64,000 nucleotides of DNA from an uncultured Gammaproteobacteria bacterium (GCA_964485575.1 CAZAJO010000002.1:23230-87229); one strand, 5' to 3'. Counted from the first letter of the stretch, positions 1 to 8,981 are shown. Program-made: numbers and translations. Notes: generated by a model from the sequence alone, not told the origin.

Positions 1-38
1 TACTTCCATTGTGGGGAATTGAGCAAAAAAATGCAAGA

Positions 39-476
39 TTAGAACTCTTTCGAGCGGAGTTGAGCCCACCCTTCCTTAATACCTAATTCTACTGCTGTGG
101 AAATTTGATCAACTTTAACCTCTGGTTGTAGAAGCATTATCTTATATTCATCCGGTAATGGCTGGTTGTCACGAGTAAGTTCAAAGAGAGGGAAAACTTC
201 TGGAGACAAAATATTCTCTGGCTTCATTTTTTCCAGTTCAATCAGCAATAATTCTTGTTCTTGCGCTCGTTGTCTTGCCTCTTCTCTTAAACGGGCTTCC
301 TCAGCTCGTGCTGCAGCTGCTGCTTGCTGCTCTTGTTCTCTAGTGGCAATACGTTCATTAACCTGTGCTTCATGAGCTCTTAAAAAATCTCTTCTTCTGC
401 TACCAAGGCCAGCATCTTGTTCTACTTTTGATTGTGGTCCTCTCCGAGGATTGTTTATTTTTCGATTATTTTTCAT
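39..476 (-). CDS. hypothetical protein (charged, coiled-coil-like)
   Basis: 145-aa ORF with an E/Q/R-rich helical stretch; TATAAT 8 nt upstream of the ATG; no recognisable motif. Confidence 0.65.
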   Translation of the reverse strand: MKNNRKINNPRRGPQSKVEQDAGLGSRRRDFLRAHEAQVNERIATREQEQQAAAAARAEEARLREEARQRAQEQELLLIELEKMKPENILSPEVFPLFELTRDNQPLPDEYKIMLLQPEVKVDQISTAVELGIKEGWAQLRSKEF

Positions 477-521
477 AGAACGGGATTATACTACAAGATA
501 TAATGTCACTTCAACTAGAGG

Positions 522-1565
522 TTATTTCGCCAACTCTTCTTTGAACCAGTCTACCCAGGGGTTAACAGCAGGATTTTGCTCATGAATAAGCCCTAAATAA
601 AGAGTCAGGTATGACCCGTATGACAACGTCAATATAAAATCCTCATATACATTTTCTCCACCAAAATTCAGTTCGGCTACTTCAAACATGTTCTTCTCAA
701 CAACATCTGTCGTCAACTGTACTCTTTTCGTAATCTTCTCTGAAAAATTTGTTGAGTTGAGAATGATAAATTTGAGAACATGGTGCTTTGGGAAAGCAAG
801 ACCTTCCATGAGGTGATGGTTGAGATCCGGGATAAGAAAGCATGAGGAAAATGATTTACTTGTTTCATTAAATTGATTCCTCAAGATCTGCGCATTGCCT
901 GACAGGTGCTCCGAGGCAAAAATGACTGGGATGTAACCCTCATATTCGACCGCATCTGCCATTGCCTGCTTCTTAATCTCCGCCAAATCGTTTTTTAATC
1001 GATTTATTGCACCCAACAACTGCTCTTTATTAACCTCAAAAATGCCTGCTTTATCCAAAAGCCCCAAAAGTCCTACTATCGTATACCCATTTCCAAGCCG
1101 AGGAACTCCAGCCGGATTGAGAACTCCATCAAATATATAAGCAGGAACATTGTTGGTTCTTGCGAATTCTGAAAGTGGCCCACCCTTAGTAAGTATCAGC
1201 ATCTTTGCACCCATGTCTTTAGCCTCTTGAGCGCATGAAAGAACCTCTTCAGTGGTTCCGGAATAACTAGTCAGTACAACAAGGGTATTGCTATTTACAA
1301 ACTTAGGAAGATGATAGTCCGAAACGTACTCGGTAGGATAACGGTTGTTTTCACCGGCAAGAGCTTTAAAAACCAATGCTCCATATATGGATGCTCCCAT
1401 CCCACAAAAAACGATATTTGCAACATCTTTATAGTCCTGGGGTACTTGAACCTCTTGCACCTGAGACCACGCAGCTTCCATCTGCTGCGCCAACATTTCT
1501 GTAGATCCCAAAGTATCTTGAGGATCAAGTTTTTTTATATCGTCAATGTTATTAAGATCAATCAT
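522..1565 (-). CDS. bifunctional phosphoglucose/phosphomannose isomerase (SIS domain)
   Basis: GMGAS, SYSGTTEE, QFNETSK and PDLNHH motifs typical of the archaeal/bacterial PGI/PMI family. Confidence 0.85.
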   Translation of the reverse strand: MIDLNNIDDIKKLDPQDTLGSTEMLAQQMEAAWSQVQEVQVPQDYKDVANIVFCGMGASIYGALVFKALAGENNRYPTEYVSDYHLPKFVNSNTLVVLTSYSGTTEEVLSCAQEAKDMGAKMLILTKGGPLSEFARTNNVPAYIFDGVLNPAGVPRLGNGYTIVGLLGLLDKAGIFEVNKEQLLGAINRLKNDLAEIKKQAMADAVEYEGYIPVIFASEHLSGNAQILRNQFNETSKSFSSCFLIPDLNHHLMEGLAFPKHHVLKFIILNSTNFSEKITKRVQLTTDVVEKNMFEVAELNFGGENVYEDFILTLSYGSYLTLYLGLIHEQNPAVNPWVDWFKEELAK

Positions 1566-1573
1566 TTTGCAAT

Positions 1574-2425
1574 TTAGAGCTGTCCACGTTCCAACTTTCT
1601 CTGTTGATCAGTCTCATCCGGCCTTTCGTAGTCATCTTGTATTCTCCACGTCTTACCCCGTTCTGGGGTTGATACTTCAAAGACCTCGCAGTCCGTCGCA
1701 CCTTGCTGTCTGTGTCTTTGTCCTACATTTGTAGTATATCCTTTATCATATTCCAATTGGAAGGTTATAAGTTCACGGTTAGAATTCTCCATAATCATGT
1801 TACAAGTACCTGAAAGCATCCAATAACTCTCTGTTTTTACCCTGTGGGCTTTTTCAGAGAGTCTGTCACCTTCGTTGACATGCAATATCTTTGCCATGAG
1901 AGGATTGCCCTCCTGACCGAAATGAAGCTCATAACCCCATGGTTTTCCAATTCGAGCAACATACTCTTGAGACTGAAAATTCTCACGATGAACATCTCCT
2001 TCATCAGGACTTGCCATTGCTGCCTCCAAAATCCGTGAGACATTTTCTGCGTGTATGCTGTAGCGCTGACCTTTCTCGATACGGTACCCAAGATCGGTCT
2101 CCATCTGCTTTGTCACCATATTTCCAGCCTCATCCTCTATCTGAATCGTGGCTCTCCCGTCTCTGAATACAAATATCCGGAATCTATCGCTTATCTGCTC
2201 GTCTGTGCCTTTTCCTTCATCAAACCGCAACTCAGCACCCATATATGGAAGCCCTTGTGGAGTCCAGACCGCTCTTGTACCCCAACTTGTGCTCGTTGCT
2301 TCGATAAATGGTTGCGTGATAAATGTTGCAGCTTCGAAGTATTTGGCAGCATCTGAATATTTCAGATTGTCGATGTTAATTTCTTCTTGCTGGCTTGATT
2401 GAGACTTTTGGTTTTGATCATCCAT
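1574..2425 (-). CDS. cupin-fold protein, mannose-6-phosphate isomerase type II-like, apparently two tandem cupin units
   Basis: KPWGYE...LSEKAHRVKTES...HR...EVSTPE...RIQDDYER in the C-terminal half and a degenerate SWG...YSIHAE...EAAM...D unit in the N-terminal half; start placed at ATG 2425. Confidence 0.7.
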   Translation of the reverse strand: MDDQNQKSQSSQQEEINIDNLKYSDAAKYFEAATFITQPFIEATSTSWGTRAVWTPQGLPYMGAELRFDEGKGTDEQISDRFRIFVFRDGRATIQIEDEAGNMVTKQMETDLGYRIEKGQRYSIHAENVSRILEAAMASPDEGDVHRENFQSQEYVARIGKPWGYELHFGQEGNPLMAKILHVNEGDRLSEKAHRVKTESYWMLSGTCNMIMENSNRELITFQLEYDKGYTTNVGQRHRQQGATDCEVFEVSTPERGKTWRIQDDYERPDETDQQRKLERGQL

Positions 2426-2448
2426 ATTTCGAGTATCTATATTTCTAC

Positions 2449-2557
2449 CATCTATTAGAGTCAAATACAAATCTAATAGATGTCGATCTCATCTATTAAA
2501 ATCAATTACAAATTTAATAGATGTCGATCGTCATCTTGGCGCGTCTCATCTATTAAA
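2449..2557. repeat. cluster of alternating inverted repeats (CATCTATTA / TAATAGATG), REP-like
   Basis: CATCTATTA at 2449, 2490 and 2547; TAATAGATG at 2474 and 2515; 23-nt direct repeat at 2466-2488 and 2507-2529. Confidence 0.8.
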
Positions 2558-2562
2558 CTTCT

Positions 2563-3363
2563 TTACAAATTTACAAATTCGGGAGAACCAAACAATTTTC
2601 CTATTTCATCTTGTACTTCAGCTCCTGCACATACAATAAATTCTTTATTGCTATCCTTATATTTTCTGACAACAAGGCCTGCCTCTAAAAATAAACCCAA
2701 GCGTGGCATGGTATCCATAATCTTTGCCGATTGATTGAGAAGCAAGCACGCATCAACACCACCGGTAAGTAAGCCTAGACTAAAAGTAGCTGCAGTTACT
2801 CTTATCCGGTAGGCATTTCTTGCTATGATGTTGAGAAAATTTAATTTCCACTCTATCTCATCACCTCTTCCACCAAACTCAAAGTCTACGATGCTGTTAA
2901 CAAGCTCCTTTTGAGGTGAAGGAGTCAATTTTTCTCCATTCAAAAAAACTCCGGACCCCTTTGAAGAAGAGAACAATTGATTAGAAACTGGATTGTAGAC
3001 TACTGCAACAATTGGCACTTCCTGTGCGACAAGAGCCACCTGTACAAAGTAAAGTGGGATATTTCCAACATAATTCTTCGTTTGATCAATAGGATCTATA
3101 ACCCAATTGTAATCTTTAGAATCTGTACTTGTTCCTTCCTCAAGTATGAGTCCTGCCTCTGGTAGTAGCTTAGCCAACTCATCAGTCAACATTTTTTCAG
3201 CCTCGATGTCTATTGAAGTGACCATATCTCTGCCATCTTTATAATGAACTGTTCCTTGATTCTCCCGGGATTTATATACAAACTCGCCAACTTTTTTGAC
3301 AATTACTTGCGCTTTTTCCCTGAGATCAAAAAGGTCTTGTTGCGTTGGGGAATTAGAATACAT
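2563..3363 (-). CDS. inositol monophosphatase family protein
   Basis: VTSIDIEAE...LEE...WVIDPIDQTKNY motif (DPIDGT variant). Confidence 0.85.
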   Translation of the reverse strand: MYSNSPTQQDLFDLREKAQVIVKKVGEFVYKSRENQGTVHYKDGRDMVTSIDIEAEKMLTDELAKLLPEAGLILEEGTSTDSKDYNWVIDPIDQTKNYVGNIPLYFVQVALVAQEVPIVAVVYNPVSNQLFSSSKGSGVFLNGEKLTPSPQKELVNSIVDFEFGGRGDEIEWKLNFLNIIARNAYRIRVTAATFSLGLLTGGVDACLLLNQSAKIMDTMPRLGLFLEAGLVVRKYKDSNKEFIVCAGAEVQDEIGKLFGSPEFVNL

Positions 3364-5170
3364 CGACTTTTATTGTTGATAAAATCTCTTCAAATGTTGC
3401 AGCTATGGATTTCTCAAGAACTTCTGCTTCCTGCATTATCTGCTCTTTTGATTTTTCCTGGAGTCTCCCTTTTACATTTGTATAATATTTCATCTTCGGC
3501 TCAGTCCCCGATGGACGTGCGTGTATCACAGTCCTCTCATCCTCCGTAAAGAAAAATGAGATCATGTCACCCTTGTCCCATGCTCGGGTTTCAAGAAGCT
3601 CACCGGTAGCACCATCACGCAGTTCCCCAGTCATTCTATCCAACACTTTAAGAACCTTTCTTCCCCCAATCTCTTTTGGTAGATCTTGCCTCAACTTTTT
3701 CATAGCCAAATTCATCTGATCAAATGCTCCAAAACCTTCAATGAGTTTATAATACAAGCGTTCTGCATAAAAACCGAATTTTTCGTAGATAGACTCAAGC
3801 ATCTCTCCAGGAGTTGTATTGTTGTCTCTGCAATAAGCAGCCATCTCTGCAGCAATAACTGCTGGTGTTTCAGCTCCTTTATCCCTGTAAGCGGTACCGA
3901 AAAGGTATCCCACACTTTCCTCAGCGGCAAAAATGAAGTTTTTGTCTGATGGCAGATGCTCAATTCTGTCTCCAATGAATTTAAATCCAACCAAAAGATC
4001 CCCGATAACCTCAACGCCGTAACTTTCTCCGATATCTCTGAAAAGTTCGGTCGTAACTGAAGTCTTTACCATAACAGGATTTACTGGAAGCTTTCCTGCT
4101 TTGGACATAGATTCAAGGATAAAGTATTCCATTAGAACCGCTCCCTGGTTACCATCTAAATTCTTCCAGTTACCATCTTTGTCAGGTACAGCCATCCCTA
4201 GTCTATCTGCATCTGGATCACTCACCAGGATGATATTGGCATCTGTTTTTTTGGCAAGTTCTATGGCTTTGTCATAGCACTCTGCAAATTCAGGATTTGG
4301 GAAGTGACCGGTGACATTTGGAAAATCCCCATTCAGTTCCATCTGTTCCTCAACAACCTCAATATTGGTAAACCCTAATTCTTTAAGTACGGGAAGAACT
4401 GATTGAGACCCAACGCCGTGTAGCGGGGAAAATACTATCTTTACGTCACGACTATCATATATAGATGCTTTCTTTGCTGAGTCAGCAAAAGCGGCATCAA
4501 CTTCTTTTGAGATATATTTTATCAGCCCCTTCTCAACTCCCTCATCGAAAGTGATCTTTGAAATCTCATTTACATTATTGAATTCTTCTTCTATCTGAAG
4601 ACCGACGTCGGGCAGTACCTGTATTCCATTTTCGTCATAGACTTTGTATCCATTAAATTGTGGAGGATTGTGACTTGCAGTAAGTACTATCCCTCCCGCG
4701 CAGTGAAGATACCGGACGGTAAAAGATAATTGAGGAGTAGCTTTGTAATAATCGTATATGTGGACAGGTATACCATTTGCAGCAAGAACGCGTGCTGTCT
4801 CTTTCATGAATTGCTCTGAATTATGCCTACTATCATAAGCGATGGCAACTCCACTTTGGACAATCTCCTTTTTATGCTTTAAAAGATACTGCGCGTATGC
4901 CTGAGACGCCCATCTGACCATGTAATTGTTGATCCTGTTGGTACCGATATCCATTACTCCCCGGATTCCACCAGTTCCAAAGATGAGTACTCTATAAAAA
5001 GAGTCCATCAGGTCTTCCCATTTCGCGTCTGTAATTTTTTGGGAAAGAACAGGTACAAATTCTGAGAATTCTTCGTCATTCAACCACTTCGTGATCTCAC
5101 TAAAAGCTTTTTCATTGAGCTTTTTTTCGTCGAGGGCATTTTGAAGTAATGGTTTTAGTTCTTCGAGCAT
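3353..5170 (-). CDS. pgm: phosphoglucomutase/phosphomannomutase (alpha-D-phosphohexomutase)
   Basis: FGTGGIRG, TASHNP (catalytic Ser), DPDADR, EESVG and RPSGTEPK motifs. Confidence 0.92.
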   Translation of the reverse strand: MLEELKPLLQNALDEKKLNEKAFSEITKWLNDEEFSEFVPVLSQKITDAKWEDLMDSFYRVLIFGTGGIRGVMDIGTNRINNYMVRWASQAYAQYLLKHKKEIVQSGVAIAYDSRHNSEQFMKETARVLAANGIPVHIYDYYKATPQLSFTVRYLHCAGGIVLTASHNPPQFNGYKVYDENGIQVLPDVGLQIEEEFNNVNEISKITFDEGVEKGLIKYISKEVDAAFADSAKKASIYDSRDVKIVFSPLHGVGSQSVLPVLKELGFTNIEVVEEQMELNGDFPNVTGHFPNPEFAECYDKAIELAKKTDANIILVSDPDADRLGMAVPDKDGNWKNLDGNQGAVLMEYFILESMSKAGKLPVNPVMVKTSVTTELFRDIGESYGVEVIGDLLVGFKFIGDRIEHLPSDKNFIFAAEESVGYLFGTAYRDKGAETPAVIAAEMAAYCRDNNTTPGEMLESIYEKFGFYAERLYYKLIEGFGAFDQMNLAMKKLRQDLPKEIGGRKVLKVLDRMTGELRDGATGELLETRAWDKGDMISFFFTEDERTVIHARPSGTEPKMKYYTNVKGRLQEKSKEQIMQEAEVLEKSIAATFEEILSTIKVDVF

Positions 5171-5195
5171 GAAAAGATTCTTTTGACTAACCTAC

Positions 5196-5876
5196 TCATA
5201 TTAGTTGAGTGAGGATCAGTATGTCAAGATGTTTTGATAGACCTACGGGCAATTTTCCTGATTTCATTTTTATCTCTGTTTCCTGCAGTTTTTTATAGAA
5301 AAAAAGCAAAGAATCTTTCTTCCACAATCTGAGTTGGCTATTAAGTTTTCCCACTTGCCAAGGTGCCATCTTTGAAAGGTCTGCAACAGTACTACCACTT
5401 GAAAGGACTACAAGTAAGCGTATACGTTTCAATAGCGAATAGAATATCAACTCCTCACTCGTCGTTTGGAGCAACTCATGATACATAGTAAAAAGTCTTT
5501 TTCCATTTCCTGGGGCATAGGAATCAAGGAACTGGAAATAATTTTGAGGTAGAAAAAAATCTTTGACTGTTCCGTTTTTCAAACTTCCATAGGAGGTTTT
5601 TGCGAGTTTTTTGTCTTCCCACAATATAAGTAACGTTTGACTGCTATTTGTATTAAGAAAAGTAACAAAGTCTTTTTTCTTGGCATTTTTTGACAAAAGA
5701 TTTTCAATAACAACTGCCTTTTTTTCATCAAAAAGACTTGTTGAGACCAATTTTTCCTCGAGATCTTTAAGTGTGAGTGTTTTTCCCTCAAGTATAGTCA
5801 CCTGAAAACCTTCGGTAAGACCGGTACAGAACTTTCTAGAGGCAGAGATATCATCCCCGTGAAGTATGTAAATCAT
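5196..5876 (-). CDS. holA: DNA polymerase III delta subunit-like protein (short form)
   Basis: MIYILHGDD N-terminus, SLFDEKKAVVIEN, C-terminal LQETEIKMKSG resembling HolA. Confidence 0.65.
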   Translation of the reverse strand: MIYILHGDDISASRKFCTGLTEGFQVTILEGKTLTLKDLEEKLVSTSLFDEKKAVVIENLLSKNAKKKDFVTFLNTNSSQTLLILWEDKKLAKTSYGSLKNGTVKDFFLPQNYFQFLDSYAPGNGKRLFTMYHELLQTTSEELIFYSLLKRIRLLVVLSSGSTVADLSKMAPWQVGKLNSQLRLWKKDSLLFFYKKLQETEIKMKSGKLPVGLSKHLDILILTQLI

Positions 5877-5896
5877 GTGTCAATTATTAGCAAAAA

Positions 5897-7036
5897 TCAA
5901 AAGAAAAAGCGAACATAATCTATCAATAGATCCTTTGCGCTATAAAGCTGCTGCTTTTCAGGTGTCACTACAAGCTGCTTAAATTTAGTGATTTGCTTTA
6001 TCGCAATCCCTTTGACAGCTTGAATAAGTGGTTGTCCTTTTGTTTTTTCCATTTTTTCTGAAGCGGCATAGTATTCTGTGAACTGCCCATTTTTTACAAA
6101 AGAGAAGATGTCAAATGCCCCGCCCTGTGAATTGAGAAGGAATGGCGTTATGGCAACTATCTTATCTTTGTCTTTTCCCCAAAAATCGTCATATGCTATT
6201 TTGTAGTATTTGGCAACAACACTCCCTGGCAATTTACTACTATCCCATCCAGTTTCTGTAATAAATGCTGGCACTTTTTTACCACTGTTGGCATTAATAA
6301 GAGTGTACTCGTATTGATAGGTAGTTATACCCACCAATTTTTTTGGCAATGGTGGAGCTACAAACCCTGGATTTGGATACGAATGGGAAGCAAATCCATC
6401 AATCTTGGTAAATATTTCAGGGTCGTGTGCGAGCATCTTATTGAGGAAAACAAAATTATCCATGTATTTCTTCCCGTCATTCGGTGCAGCATTATCTTGC
6501 CCACTCATGATGATATAGAAATTTTGACTACGCTCTTTGAATGTGTCATATGCGTAGCGCAAAAAACCGGCATATTCTTCCGGACTGGGCGCCTCCCCTC
6601 CCCACTCGTCAGACCTGTTTACCTCATTAAAGACTATCACGTATCTGTTCTCTATCGGCCAATTCAGACTATTTAAGAAATTGGCAAAATCCAATATGTC
6701 TGTTGCTGTTGGTTTACTCCAAGATGCAGTATTGAAAGGGTCTCCTTGGGTTGCAAGCCTCAGGATAGGAATCAATTTCAACTTTTTTGCAGAATCCATG
6801 AAATTTTGCCATTTCTCCAGATCTTTGTCGCCAGCTTGAATAGGAATAGTGACATAACCCCATTCTCCGGTTTTTGAATTGACGAGATTTGCTGCTTCAG
6901 AAAGCTCTGAAGGGAAAAGGATATGAATACCGTAATAATTATTTGGTCGACTTAAAGGATCAAAAATTGCAGAAGCACTATTTGGGAAAAGGCAGACAAA
7001 AAGACACAATAGGGCAACGGCAAAAATCTTTTTCAT
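5897..7036 (-). CDS. secreted clan GH-A glycoside hydrolase-like protein
   Basis: Signal peptide; FNEVN (acid/base), SHSYP and ITETGW (nucleophile) motifs of TIM-barrel GH-A enzymes. Confidence 0.65.
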   Translation of the reverse strand: MKKIFAVALLCLFVCLFPNSASAIFDPLSRPNNYYGIHILFPSELSEAANLVNSKTGEWGYVTIPIQAGDKDLEKWQNFMDSAKKLKLIPILRLATQGDPFNTASWSKPTATDILDFANFLNSLNWPIENRYVIVFNEVNRSDEWGGEAPSPEEYAGFLRYAYDTFKERSQNFYIIMSGQDNAAPNDGKKYMDNFVFLNKMLAHDPEIFTKIDGFASHSYPNPGFVAPPLPKKLVGITTYQYEYTLINANSGKKVPAFITETGWDSSKLPGSVVAKYYKIAYDDFWGKDKDKIVAITPFLLNSQGGAFDIFSFVKNGQFTEYYAASEKMEKTKGQPLIQAVKGIAIKQITKFKQLVVTPEKQQLYSAKDLLIDYVRFFF

Positions 7037-7090
7037 GGTGTATACAATATTAAAGACTTTAGCTCAAAAGTCAAATGAAATGAGTAGAAA

Positions 7091-7267
7091 CTATTTCTTT
7101 TTTCTCGAAGAGGCTTTTGAAGGAAGATACCAAAGGATAACTCCACCTACTGCAAAAAGAGCACCTGTAATCTGACTACCGTCTGAAGCGAATTGTGAAA
7201 ATTGGGGATAAAAGTAGATGATGACTCCTACTACTACTAGAACTAGGGCAAGATTTCTTTTGTTCAT
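7091..7267 (-). CDS. small two-TM membrane protein (58 aa), not in the ORF track
   Basis: Manual translation MNKRNLALVLVVVGVIIYFYPQFSQFASDGSQITGALFAVGGVILWYLPSKASSRKKK; promoter TTGACA-18-TACGCT 6 nt upstream. Confidence 0.75.
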   Translation of the reverse strand: MNKRNLALVLVVVGVIIYFYPQFSQFASDGSQITGALFAVGGVILWYLPSKASSRKKK

Positions 7268-7300
7268 GGACTTAGCGTATCACCCATAAAAAGAAGTTGT

Positions 7301-7391
7301 CAAGGGGCAAATTCAATACAGAATTTTTTTATAATAAAATTGAACCGCAGTGCCGGCCGAGCATTGCTCAGGGCGGTGCAAGGGGCAAATT
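7301..7391. repeat. 13-bp direct repeat CAAGGGGCAAATT flanking a GC-rich hairpin
   Basis: Copies at 7301-7313 and 7379-7391; inside, TGAACCGC...GCGGTGCA stem and GAGCATTGCTC. Confidence 0.65.
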
Positions 7392-7422
7392 AGGGTCTAA
7401 GCACAGCTTGCTCCTTTGGAGT

Positions 7423-7478
7423 AGGTTTCAGGTTCTAAGTTTCAGGTTCTAGGTTTCATGTTGTAGGTTTTAGGCTAA
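7423..7478. repeat. degenerate heptamer tandem repeat (AGGTTTC/AGGTTCT) x8
   Basis: aggtttc aggttct aagtttc aggttct aggtttc atgttgt aggtttt aggctaa. Confidence 0.85.
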
Positions 7479-7490
7479 AAAAAGTATAAT

Positions 7491-8498
7491 ATGAGCTCTA
7501 TGCAGTTTAACTGGAAAGATTTGCCAAAGCCAATTTTTGCTCTCGCTCCTATGGAGGGGGTAACTGATACTGTTTTTCGGCAAGTTGTTGGAAGTCTTGC
7601 AGCACCTGATGTTTATTTTACTGAGTTTACGAATTGTGAAGGGATGATGTCTAAAGGAAGAGAAAAAGTCGGCAGACGTCTTATATATAGTGAAACTGAA
7701 AGGCCGCTTATCGCCCAAATCTGGGGACTTGATCCCAGTGCCTTCTTTGAAGTGAGTAAGCAAATAGTTGAGATGGGGTTTGATGGGATCGATTTGAATA
7801 TGGGATGCCCTGTCAGTGCTGTTGTAGCACGAGGCTCTTGCTCTGGCCTTATTGGCAACCCACCTTTAGCTAAAGAAATGATAGATGCAACAAAAAAAGG
7901 AGTCCAGTCCGCCGGCTGGCGGATTCCAGTCAGTGTTAAGACACGGATTGGACTGAAAAATATCACAACCGCGGAATGGATAGGATTTTTACTTGAACAG
8001 AATTTGGATGCACTTACCGTGCATCTTCGTACACAAAAGGAAATGTCAAATGTCCCGGCGCATTTTGATGAACTTGAAAAAATTGTAGAACTTCGTGACA
8101 AAATAGCCCCAAACACTGTCATTATTGCTAACGGAGACATCGTGTCCAAATCACAGGGAAAAGAATTGGTAGAAAAATACGGAATTGATGGAGTCATGAT
8201 AGGTCGAGGAGTATTTCATAATCCTTTTGTATTCGATGGAACAACAAACTACGAAGTTAAAACAGCAAACGAGAGAATAGAACTGCTAAAAAAACATATT
8301 GATATCTTTGAGAAAGTGTGGACCGTTGACCACCCCCTCACTGATAAAGAAATAGCAAAACTTTTTCCTCCACTCAAAAGGTTCTTTAAAATTTATATCA
8401 GCGGGTTTGAGGGCGCATCTGAATTGAGAGAAAAATTGATGTCCACCCATACGGTGGATGAGGTTAGACAAATTCTTTCAACAACTTATTCTGAATAA
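7491..8498 (+). CDS. dus: tRNA-dihydrouridine synthase
   Basis: LAPMEGVTD, IDLNMGCP, VSVKTRIG, VHLRT, NGDI and GVMIGRG motifs. Confidence 0.92.
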   Translation: MSSMQFNWKDLPKPIFALAPMEGVTDTVFRQVVGSLAAPDVYFTEFTNCEGMMSKGREKVGRRLIYSETERPLIAQIWGLDPSAFFEVSKQIVEMGFDGIDLNMGCPVSAVVARGSCSGLIGNPPLAKEMIDATKKGVQSAGWRIPVSVKTRIGLKNITTAEWIGFLLEQNLDALTVHLRTQKEMSNVPAHFDELEKIVELRDKIAPNTVIIANGDIVSKSQGKELVEKYGIDGVMIGRGVFHNPFVFDGTTNYEVKTANERIELLKKHIDIFEKVWTVDHPLTDKEIAKLFPPLKRFFKIYISGFEGASELREKLMSTHTVDEVRQILSTTYSE

Positions 8499-8800
8499 GG
8501 AGGGTTCGCTTGGCGTTTTTTAGATGCTTCTAAAATAATCTCCCCTTGTGAATTCCACTTCCTAAGCCATTCTGGATTATTTAAGATAGAGGCCGATGGT
8601 TCTTGATCTGTTACCTGCTGTCTAAAATTCACCTCAAAACTATTAGCAAGATCTCTAAAAATTACAGGATCTGGAGGAGCGCATCCTTCATCAACAAGTG
8701 CTCCTGCAACGTAATAAGGTAAACCTACAACTAATTCTGAGGGATGAGGTATTTGAAGCATTCCTACTAATTCATCTACATTTTCTGCTTCTTTTCGCAT
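8486..8800 (-). CDS. hypothetical protein
   Basis: ORF trimmed to ATG 8800 because the longer start overlaps tRNA-Lys; TATAAT upstream. Confidence 0.55.
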   Translation of the reverse strand: MRKEAENVDELVGMLQIPHPSELVVGLPYYVAGALVDEGCAPPDPVIFRDLANSFEVNFRQQVTDQEPSASILNNPEWLRKWNSQGEIILEASKKRQANPPYSE

Positions 8801-8849
8801 TTCTTTAACTATTATACAAATGCTAAAACTTTTGTAAAGGGAAATTTTG

Positions 8850-8921
8850 TGATCCGGCAGAGATTCGAACTCTGAACCCAAAGCTTAAAAGGCTTTTGCT
8901 CTACCATTGAGCTACCGGACC
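8850..8921 (-). tRNA. tRNA-Lys(UUU)
   Basis: GGTCCGG acceptor stem, AGCTCAATGGTAGAGC D-arm, AAAGC-CTTTTAA-GCTTT anticodon arm, TTCGAAT T-loop; CCA not encoded. Confidence 0.95.
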
Positions 8922-8981
8922 AATTTTCAATTTGTCTGGGAGTTCAATGGCGAACGAAGTGTCTCATTGAGCTACCGGACC
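8922..8981 (-). repeat. tRNA-Lys leader: exact 17-nt copy of the tRNA 5' end plus a diverged antisense copy
   Basis: cattgagctaccggacc at 8905-8921 and 8965-8981; inverted copy aatttgtctgggagttcaatgg at 8929-8950 (18/22 match). Confidence 0.85.

Noticed and set aside
2449-2557. Possible mini-CRISPR array
   Set aside because: Only two direct copies, alternating orientation, no unique spacers of regular length, and no cas genes.
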